Sequence record: SRR20825010_2819
Length of the DNA stretch: 43,907 nt
Reading direction: 5' to 3' (one strand)
The notes beneath the pieces were generated by a model that had not been told where the DNA came from, made no database searches, and saw only the letters and a program-made list of their open reading frames with translations. Shown here one piece after another: positions 9,396 through 16,907 of this stretch (positions are counted from its first letter, which is position 1; each line of letters begins with the position of its first letter). Both the position numbers and the translations under genes were made by a program.

Positions 9396-10730
9396 ATGAA
9401 ACCTTTTCTCTTGAGACACTTGTTCCCTGCAATCGCTCTTTGCACGCTTTCCGCACCGGCCTTGTCCATCGGTGTCGGTGACGTAACCAGCGGCCAGATA
9501 GATCCGATAACCCGCCAGGTTGAACAGAAGACACAGCGCATGGTGGAGCAGGCCATGGACCGTCGCCTTGAGAAGCAGATCAACACACAGGCCACAGAGC
9601 TCATGGAACAGCTCGAAGCGTTACCGTCAGTCCTTCCCATTCTCACGCGTCAGGGACAGAAAGCGTTCAATGATATCCAACTGGACGACGGTTTCCGTGC
9701 CGTGGAAGGTCAGTGGCTGGTGACCGGTACCGCTGCGGAACTCGCCCGCCTTGACCAGCCGGGGATCACAGTTCTCGAACGCCGAGAGCTGACCGGCCTG
9801 GGTATGACCGTGGTGCGGTTCCGGGTCACTGCCGAGCTGGATTCCCATAATGCCCTACAGGACGCCCTACCAGAACTCGCGGATCGGCTGGACCGCAACC
9901 ATATCTATGCTCCGCAAACGGGTGCGAAAGAGCCCCTGTCAGAGACCAAAGTGCCACAGTGGCGTAGCCTCTGCACCGCCCCGGTTCGCGTTGGAATGGT
10001 GGATACGTCCATTGCCACAGACCATCGGGTATTTGAAAATGCACAGGTTGTGCAGGAGCGTTTTCTGGCATTGGCGGAAGTGGACGGAACACTGACTGAG
10101 CCGGCAATTCACGGCACGGCCGTCGCCAGCCTGCTGGTGGGAAACCGGCCTGGGCAATGGCCTGCCCGGCTGCCGCAGGCTACGATCTTCAATGCCTCGG
10201 TGTTCTATGACCGGGATCGCACCCTCTCAGGCGCCACACTTGGTCATTTACTGGAAGGCCTGAACTGGCTGGCCGGTCAGGATTTGTCGGTTATCAACAT
10301 CAGCCTGACCGGCCCGGACAACCAGCTTCTCGCCGCGGCGGTGAGCCGCCTCAGGGAGCGCGGCGTGCTGATGGTTGCGGCGGTAGGCAATCAAGGGCCC
10401 TCTGCCCCGCCACTATATCCGGCCGCCTACACGGAAGTGATCGGTGTGACGGCGGCTGATAGTTCCGGGAAGCTCTACCGCTGGGCCAATCGGGGTGAAC
10501 AGGTGATGTTTGCCAGCAACGGCGTCACCGTTCCGGTAGCACACCCTGATGCCGGCATGGTTGCAGACAGCGGCACCTCGCTGGCGTCGCCAGTGGTTGC
10601 CGCTGCATTGGCCTGCCAACGTAATGAACTTTCGGAAGACAAGGCCATTGGTGCCCTGATCAATGCAGCGAAGGATCTTGGCCGTCCTGGCCGGGACACC
10701 GAATTCGGTCACGGCTTTCTGGATTTCTGA
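9396..10730 (+). CDS. Secreted S8 (subtilisin-like) serine peptidase
   Basis: Signal peptide from ATG 9396 (MKPFLLRHLFPAIALCTLSAPALS). Triad motifs VGMVDTSI, HGTAVASLL and SGTSLASPVVA, oxyanion AVGN, and C-terminal DLGRPGRDTEFGHG. Confidence 0.92.
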   Translation: MKPFLLRHLFPAIALCTLSAPALSIGVGDVTSGQIDPITRQVEQKTQRMVEQAMDRRLEKQINTQATELMEQLEALPSVLPILTRQGQKAFNDIQLDDGFRAVEGQWLVTGTAAELARLDQPGITVLERRELTGLGMTVVRFRVTAELDSHNALQDALPELADRLDRNHIYAPQTGAKEPLSETKVPQWRSLCTAPVRVGMVDTSIATDHRVFENAQVVQERFLALAEVDGTLTEPAIHGTAVASLLVGNRPGQWPARLPQATIFNASVFYDRDRTLSGATLGHLLEGLNWLAGQDLSVINISLTGPDNQLLAAAVSRLRERGVLMVAAVGNQGPSAPPLYPAAYTEVIGVTAADSSGKLYRWANRGEQVMFASNGVTVPVAHPDAGMVADSGTSLASPVVAAALACQRNELSEDKAIGALINAAKDLGRPGRDTEFGHGFLDF

Positions 10731-10740
10731 CTGTCGGGTT

Positions 10741-11709
10741 TCAGAAATCCGCCCTGAGCGTCACCCCCGCCACCGTCTTGTCGTAATCCGCAGAATCCAC
10801 GTTCGAGGTGTACTGGCCCCAGGAAACACTGGGCTCAACACTAAACACCTCGTTGAGTCCAATCCGCCAGCTGGCCTCCAGAATACGGGCTTTGTCCGCC
10901 CGCTCATTGCTTGAGCGTTCGGTAAGGTCACCGGTCAGAGGGTCCGTCAGAACCGGGCTGGTACTGGTGACGGTCACCTCTTCATACTCCCTGTCCTCGT
11001 AACGCCAGCCAAACCGCAGGCGGTTTTCCTCGCCGGCCAGGATAAACCGATGCACCAACGCTACCCGAACGCGAAGCAGGTCATTGTCGTAGGCTTTCGC
11101 CTCCGCATCTTCGCGATCACCGTCAAGGCCGAGTAGAAAGTGGCTCTGGGCCTGGTTGAAAAAGAAGAACGCATCCAGACTGGCGCCTTTTATCTCGGCA
11201 TCCCGCGCATCACTGTCATCAAATTCCTTGCGCTTGTCCTGCAGGCTGCCACGCAGATAAACGTCCTCCGCGAGCAGGCTGCCCAGATAGACACTGGCAC
11301 GCCGGAAATCGAGGAACGGGTCTGACCCCAGGGTTGCGTGGGAATAGTAGTAACTGGTGCCAACGGTGACCGGGTCGAAGTCATAACTGACATCGGCCGA
11401 CAGCAGGTGAATGTCCTGATCGAATTCATCAAGGTTCTGGTACCGTCTGCCCGAGAGCGAATAGCCGAGCGTCACGTTTAACCGCTCGGTGGGTTTCAGG
11501 ATGCCTTCCAGACCGGCGTCGAAAACCCAGGCCTGATCGCTCTCATCGGCGGACGTGTTCAGTTCATCCACGGTCACGTTGCTGTCGTGCTCGTAACCGC
11601 CTTCAAGATATCCGTTCGCTGACGCTTTCTCCTGCGCCTGAACCATTAATACCGGTGACGCCAGGCCAATGGCCAGGGGCAAGGTCAAAATACGTTGAAT
11701 CAACTGCAT
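10741..11709 (-). CDS. Outer-membrane beta-barrel protein (Slam/DUF560-barrel-like, no TPR region)
   Basis: Signal peptide (ATG 11709, AAGGAG RBS), GYEHDSNV first strand, alternating amphipathic strands and a terminal beta-signal VAGVTLRADF. The family assignment is tentative. Confidence 0.75.
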   Translation of the reverse strand: MQLIQRILTLPLAIGLASPVLMVQAQEKASANGYLEGGYEHDSNVTVDELNTSADESDQAWVFDAGLEGILKPTERLNVTLGYSLSGRRYQNLDEFDQDIHLLSADVSYDFDPVTVGTSYYYSHATLGSDPFLDFRRASVYLGSLLAEDVYLRGSLQDKRKEFDDSDARDAEIKGASLDAFFFFNQAQSHFLLGLDGDREDAEAKAYDNDLLRVRVALVHRFILAGEENRLRFGWRYEDREYEEVTVTSTSPVLTDPLTGDLTERSSNERADKARILEASWRIGLNEVFSVEPSVSWGQYTSNVDSADYDKTVAGVTLRADF

Positions 11710-11734
11710 GTCTGCTCCTTTCACTTGGGCGTCC

Positions 11735-11762
11735 AAAAGAAAGCCGGGCCCTATGGCCCGGC
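11735..11762 (-). terminator. Intrinsic terminator between the small secreted protein gene and the barrel gene
   Basis: Minus strand GCCGGGCC-ATAG-GGCCCGGC followed by TTTCTTTT. Confidence 0.8.
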
Positions 11763-11778
11763 GAGTCTGGAGGAGTGG

Positions 11779-12291
11779 TTATAGCAGGCCACCACTGCCG
11801 GACCCTTTCACGGTCCCCTTGACGGAGTTCTGCACTTCACTCCGGACGCTCTCAGATACAGACGTTCCGATCTGCTGATTGGTTTCAGCGCGAATTTCAG
11901 CATTTCGGGTCTCGTTCATGCGCTCTTGCGCCTGTTCGCGCTTCTCACCAGCTTCATCGCGAGCCGTGTCCGCTGTAGCATCGGCGGTTGCTCGCACCTT
12001 CTGGCCGGTTTCAACGCCAGCGCTGACCGCCTGATCGGCCCTTCCGCGGGCTTCTTCACTGGCCGCCTGGCGTTGGTCGGCAGCTTCGTCTCGAGCGGCT
12101 TCGCCGTTGACACTGCCCTCTGCGCTTGCAGAGGCACCACCATTCGCGGAAACACCGTTGCGGGTGCTAGCTTCCGCACTCATGTTGGTTTCAGCCTGCG
12201 CGTTTGCATTGGCCGCGCCAGACCCTCCTGCGGCGAAAACGCCGGTGGAAAGAATGGAACAGATTGCGAGTGTCAGTACATGCTTTTTCAT
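11779..12291 (-). CDS. Secreted low-complexity Ala/Gly/Ser/Glu-rich protein of unknown function
   Basis: Signal peptide MKKHVLTLAICSILSTGVFA, strong AGGAGG RBS, and no aromatic residues in the mature part. Confidence 0.85.
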   Translation of the reverse strand: MKKHVLTLAICSILSTGVFAAGGSGAANANAQAETNMSAEASTRNGVSANGGASASAEGSVNGEAARDEAADQRQAASEEARGRADQAVSAGVETGQKVRATADATADTARDEAGEKREQAQERMNETRNAEIRAETNQQIGTSVSESVRSEVQNSVKGTVKGSGSGGLL

Positions 12292-12338
12292 GGTTACGTC
12301 CTCCTGATTTACCCGTTTCGGGTGGCTTTCATCAGGGA

Positions 12339-12363
12339 GACGGCTGAGCCTGGCGTTTATTCC
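12339..12363 (-). promoter_or_regulatory. ECF promoter for the small secreted protein and barrel genes
   Basis: GGAATAAA-N13-CGTC; the -35 octamer is identical to that of the sigma promoter. Confidence 0.75.
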
Positions 12364-12379
12364 AAAAAAATTTCACCGC

Positions 12380-13252
12380 CTAGGTTTTTGGCACGTAGGG
12401 TCGAACATCCCAGCAGAAATAGCGTTTCAATGCACTGTTTGCCTCGTGGTCTTTCTGGCGCCAGCCATAGACCTTGGGTTTGCTGGTTTCAATGGCGAGG
12501 GTGCCAAACACCAGCCAATCGTAAATCGCCAGCGTGGAGGTCACATTCTTGGCTGAATTGGGCCCGCGGGCGTGATGATGGTGGTGCTGAGTGGGAAAGA
12601 CCAGAATATGCGCCAGTGCCCACATGGTCTTGCGAACCCAGGCCCAGCGGTGGTTGTGGAAATACAGGTCATAATTCCAGTTCACATGAGTATGGGCCGC
12701 CCATAGTCCCTTGAAGGCGGTGGCAATCAGGAACACCTCTACCAGCCCCAGATAAAGACACAGCAACTGGAAGGTGTAGTTGGGCATGATCAGCCACCAG
12801 GCCCAGCCATTGACGAAGGTCTGCGTTACCGTCAATTGGCCCTTGTTGTCCTGGCCGCCCGACATGTGGTGCGGGCGGTGGCTCATCTTGTAAAACGCCT
12901 GAACCCATTGCAGAACACGGTTATTGGGTCGGCGCCGGTGGGCAAACAGGTGGAAACTGCCGTGGATAAACTCTTCCACGCAGAAAAACACGATCAACGT
13001 GGGCCAGAAATACGCCTGTTCGAGCCAGGCCAGTGAACCGGCGCTGCCAGGAATCAGCGTTGACAGACCCAGCGTCAGCAACAGCAACACCAACGGCCTT
13101 TGCACCGCCACCATCATGAACGTGGCAAGAAATGCCATGCGCCAGTCCTGCGTGTTCTTGCGACCTTCACGGGTACGGCCGCTGACTACCTCCCAAAGGG
13201 CGGTAACCACAATAAAAGCCGTAACCAGCATCGTCAGTTTCTGATCGTCCAT
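12380..13252 (-). CDS. Fatty acid hydroxylase / sterol desaturase family membrane di-iron enzyme
   Basis: TM helices with His boxes HGSFHLFAH, HRPHH, HTH and HHHHH; C-terminal IYDWLVFGT. Confidence 0.85.
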   Translation of the reverse strand: MDDQKLTMLVTAFIVVTALWEVVSGRTREGRKNTQDWRMAFLATFMMVAVQRPLVLLLLTLGLSTLIPGSAGSLAWLEQAYFWPTLIVFFCVEEFIHGSFHLFAHRRRPNNRVLQWVQAFYKMSHRPHHMSGGQDNKGQLTVTQTFVNGWAWWLIMPNYTFQLLCLYLGLVEVFLIATAFKGLWAAHTHVNWNYDLYFHNHRWAWVRKTMWALAHILVFPTQHHHHHARGPNSAKNVTSTLAIYDWLVFGTLAIETSKPKVYGWRQKDHEANSALKRYFCWDVRPYVPKT

Positions 13253-13343
13253 TATTGTTCTCCGAGACGAGGGTTTGTACGTCTTCTGACGCTACTGGGG
13301 AGAGCTATATCTTTCTATTCAATATTTGGTATAAGTATTATCC

Positions 13344-14246
13344 ATGAAACTGAACTTACGAAGCGTCGACCTCAACCTACTGCCGGTGTTCGACGCCATT
13401 ATGGAAGCCGGGCAACTCTCCCGTGCCGCAGACACCCTGGGCATGAGCCAGCCCGCCATCAGTGCCGCATTGCAGCGCCTGCGTCATACCCTGGGTGATC
13501 CACTGTTTGTGCGTACCCATCAGGGTATGGTGCCGACGCCCCGCGCCCGTGAGCTGCACAGAAGCCTCAGCCAGCAACTCGGCGCCATGCGCGACACACT
13601 GGACCCGGCCAATCGCTTTGTGCCCGGCACCAGCCAGCGACGCTTTCGCGTGCTAAGCAACGACTATTTCGAAATGGTGGTGTTACCAACGTTACTGACA
13701 CGCCTGAGAAGCGAGGCGCCCAATGTGGTGGTGGAGGTCGCCCTGGCCGGCGATGACATGCCCCAGAGGCTGTATACCGCCGAAGCGGATCTTGCCGTGG
13801 ATGCCTTTGCAACAGAGAACGATCGACTACGGCGGCAAGTGCTTCTCGCGGAGAGGCTTGCGGTGGTGGCACGACAGGACCACCCAGACCTGCAGGGCGA
13901 TTGCAGCAAACAGCAGTTTCTGGACGCCGAACACGTCGTACTGCCGGATCGGAACCGGCGCTTGCCTCTGGACCAGATCCTCAACGAACCGGGTTGGCAG
14001 CGGCGAACCGGGGCCCGGGTCACCCAGTTCGCCAGTATGCTGGCCACCTGCAGCCGCTCCGACATGATTGCCACGGTGCCCGAACGTCTGGCCCAGCAGT
14101 ACGCCCGGGCATTCGGGCTGAAGACCCTGCCGTTTCCGGTAGAGGTACCCTCGTTGCCGGTCTACCTGCTGTGGGCACCGATGATGGACAATGACCCGGC
14201 CCATATTTGGTTCCGCCAGCGCCTGATGGACAGTGTCACGGGCTAA
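13344..14246 (+). CDS. LysR family regulator (NodD/NahR-like), divergent from the hydroxylase
   Basis: VDLNLLPVFDAIM...SRAADTLGMSQPAISAALQRLR..LGDPLFVR; C-terminal DPAHIWFRQ. Confidence 0.93.
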   Translation: MKLNLRSVDLNLLPVFDAIMEAGQLSRAADTLGMSQPAISAALQRLRHTLGDPLFVRTHQGMVPTPRARELHRSLSQQLGAMRDTLDPANRFVPGTSQRRFRVLSNDYFEMVVLPTLLTRLRSEAPNVVVEVALAGDDMPQRLYTAEADLAVDAFATENDRLRRQVLLAERLAVVARQDHPDLQGDCSKQQFLDAEHVVLPDRNRRLPLDQILNEPGWQRRTGARVTQFASMLATCSRSDMIATVPERLAQQYARAFGLKTLPFPVEVPSLPVYLLWAPMMDNDPAHIWFRQRLMDSVTG

Positions 14247-15180
14247 TGGGCCGATTTTCACGGTCGATGTCATCAAGAGTCTCAAACAACCACACACCGG
14301 CAAGAGCCTCCAGCGCCTCTGCAATCACCAGCTCCTCCTCACGGTCCTTGCGCCAGATAAAACTCAGGGCACAGGGGATACGCACGCCTTCCACAACGAC
14401 CAGCCCCCGTTCCTGTCGCTCTGCCATCGCCAGGGCATCCCGGGCCAGGCTGAGCCCGACGCCCGCCCTGACCAGGTCCAGCATGCAGGCTTCCTGGTCG
14501 ACCTGTGCAACGCCATTTGGAACCAATCCATGAGGCTCCATTGCGTCAGCCAATAACCGATTGTGCACTGAATCCGGCGGTGTCACGATCCACGGGAGCC
14601 CGGCGAGGCTCGACCAGCGACTGTCCGCCACCCGTGACGCCCATCCCGCCGGTGCAATAACGTGATAGTCAAACCGGGTCAGCTCTCTGTACATTAACTC
14701 TGGCGATGACTGTCCAGCGCCCAGACCTGGCGGGGCAAGAAAAAAACCAACGTCCAGGCTGCCATTACGAACCTGTTCCAGAACCCGGCCACTCATTCCC
14801 TGATGCAGCTCGGTTTCAAGTTGGGGCGCGCGAGCCACCAATTGGTGTAGAAACGACCCCAGACGGATAAATTCCGGATCCACGATGGTGCCAATCTTAA
14901 GGCGTCCACGAACAGTGCTGTGCAATGCCTGGGCGCTTTGCTCAAATGCAGCTATCCCCGCCAACGCCTTTTCGGCCACCGGCAACAGGTTGTGACCATC
15001 AGCACTCAGCACCAAACCCTGCGGCTTACGCCGAAAAAGCCTGAGGCCAAGATCATCTTGTAACTGTTTCAGCTTCAGGCTCACGGCCGGCTGTGTCAGA
15101 TGCAGTCGCTCGGCAGCCCTGGAAACACTCCCCTCACGAGCCACAGACACAAAGGCACGTAATCCCTGCAAGTGTTGCAT
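14236..15180 (-). CDS. LysR family regulator, divergent from mmsA (HpdR-like)
   Basis: LRAFVSVAREGSVSRAAERLHLTQPAVSLKLKQLQDDLG HTH. Confidence 0.92.
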   Translation of the reverse strand: MQHLQGLRAFVSVAREGSVSRAAERLHLTQPAVSLKLKQLQDDLGLRLFRRKPQGLVLSADGHNLLPVAEKALAGIAAFEQSAQALHSTVRGRLKIGTIVDPEFIRLGSFLHQLVARAPQLETELHQGMSGRVLEQVRNGSLDVGFFLAPPGLGAGQSSPELMYRELTRFDYHVIAPAGWASRVADSRWSSLAGLPWIVTPPDSVHNRLLADAMEPHGLVPNGVAQVDQEACMLDLVRAGVGLSLARDALAMAERQERGLVVVEGVRIPCALSFIWRKDREEELVIAEALEALAGVWLFETLDDIDRENRPISP

Positions 15181-15205
15181 AGCCGTCGTTCCCTCCTGAG
15201 CTTCA

Positions 15206-15224
15206 ATATAAGCATTACTTATAT
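15206..15224. promoter_or_regulatory. LysR recognition palindrome
   Basis: ATATAAG-CATTA-CTTATAT, a perfect 7-bp inverted repeat with a T-N11-A core, in the divergent spacer. Confidence 0.7.
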
Positions 15225-15368
15225 CATGATTTAAAATAACTCAATTGCTTCGGTACCTGACCAACCGTAAATTATCTGTTCAATTCTTATTCAATGGCGA
15301 CGAATGCCCCGATTAATGGCTTCCAGAGCCCTTACAACAAACTGAATCAAAAACAGGAAAAGACAACC

Positions 15369-16880
15369 ATGAGCAATCCAGCGATCCAGCATTATATCAA
15401 TGGGCGAATTTCAGAAGGCAGCTCCGGCCAAACTCAGGACGTATTCAATCCCGCTACCGGCAAGGTCTCAGGCCAGACCGCTCTTGCCAACCGCTATGAT
15501 GTTGATCAGGCCGTGGCCGCTGCGTCTGCTGCCTTCCCAAGCTGGGCGGACACCCCGCCGATTCGTCGCGCACGTGTCATGTTCAGGTTTCTGGAACTGC
15601 TTAACCAGCACAAAGACGAACTGGCCGAAACGATTACTCGCGAACATGGCAAGGTCTTTACCGACGCTCAGGGGGAAGTTGCCCGGGGGATTGATATCGT
15701 GGAGTTTGCCTGCGGTATTCCCCAGCTTCTCAAAGGCGACTATACCGAACAGGTCAGTACCGGTATCGATAACTGGACGACCCGCCAGCCCCTGGGCGTG
15801 GTCGCTGGTATTACGCCGTTTAACTTCCCGGTGATGGTGCCCATGTGGATGTTCCCGGTGGCGATCGCTGCCGGCAATACCTTTGTGCTCAAGCCCAGCC
15901 CAATCGACCCCAGTGCATCTCTGATGCTCGCTGATTTGCTCAAACAGGCTGGCCTGCCCGACGGCGTCTTCAATGTGGTGCAGGGTGACAAGGGTGCGGT
16001 GGAAGCGCTCATTGACCACCCGGACGTCATGGCGCTGAGTTTTGTCGGCTCCACTCCGATTGCCAATCTGATCTATGAAAATGGCGCCCGTCACGGCAAG
16101 CGCATTCAGGCCCTCGGCGGCGCCAAGAACCACATGGTGGTTATGCCCGATGCCGATCTGGACAAAGCCGTGGATGCACTCATTGGCGCTGGTTACGGCA
16201 GTGCCGGCGAACGTTGCATGGCCATCAGCGTGGCGGTTCTGGTCGGTGATGTCGCTGACAAACTCATCCCCAGGCTGGCCGAGAGGGCACGCAGCCTGAA
16301 GGTCAGGAACGGCATGGACCTGGACGCCGAAATGGGTCCGATTGTCAGTGCCAGCGCTCACCAGCGCATTACCGGTTATATTGATAAAGGTGTGGCTGAA
16401 GGCGCTGAACTGGTGGTCGACGGCCGCGACTTCGATGCAGCGTCAACGGGTGAAGGCTGCGGCGAAGGTTTCTGGATGGGTGGTACGCTGTTCGATCATG
16501 TCACACCGGAGATGACAATTTACCGGGAAGAGATCTTCGGCCCGGTGCTGGCCTGTGTGCGGGTTCCCGATGTTGCGACCGCCATCCGTCTGATCAATGA
16601 TCATGAATTCGGCAACGGTGTCAGCTGTTTCACCGAGAGCGGCAGCGTCGCCCGTGAATTTGGCCGTCGCATTCAGATTGGCATGGTCGGTATCAACGTG
16701 CCCATTCCGGTTCCCATGGCCTGGCACGGATTCGGTGGCTGGAAACGCTCAATGTTTGGCGACACCCATGCCTACGGTGAAGAGGGCGTTAAATTCTATA
16801 CTCGGCAGAAATCCATTATGCAGCGCTGGTCAGACTCCATCGATGCCGGTGCCGAGTTTGTGATGCCAACCGCCAAGTAA
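15369..16880 (+). CDS. mmsA: CoA-acylating (methyl)malonate-semialdehyde dehydrogenase
   Basis: [53 protein letters not shown]; likely ATG 15369 (MSNPAIQH) after AGGAAAG. Confidence 0.93.
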   Translation: MSNPAIQHYINGRISEGSSGQTQDVFNPATGKVSGQTALANRYDVDQAVAAASAAFPSWADTPPIRRARVMFRFLELLNQHKDELAETITREHGKVFTDAQGEVARGIDIVEFACGIPQLLKGDYTEQVSTGIDNWTTRQPLGVVAGITPFNFPVMVPMWMFPVAIAAGNTFVLKPSPIDPSASLMLADLLKQAGLPDGVFNVVQGDKGAVEALIDHPDVMALSFVGSTPIANLIYENGARHGKRIQALGGAKNHMVVMPDADLDKAVDALIGAGYGSAGERCMAISVAVLVGDVADKLIPRLAERARSLKVRNGMDLDAEMGPIVSASAHQRITGYIDKGVAEGAELVVDGRDFDAASTGEGCGEGFWMGGTLFDHVTPEMTIYREEIFGPVLACVRVPDVATAIRLINDHEFGNGVSCFTESGSVAREFGRRIQIGMVGINVPIPVPMAWHGFGGWKRSMFGDTHAYGEEGVKFYTRQKSIMQRWSDSIDAGAEFVMPTAK

Positions 16881-16907
16881 CACGCAAACCAGTCCTGGAG
16901 ACAGACC

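Noticed and set aside
11926-12714. 262-aa plus-strand ORF
   Set aside because: It is antisense to two well-supported genes, spans their promoter, and has no recognisable motifs.
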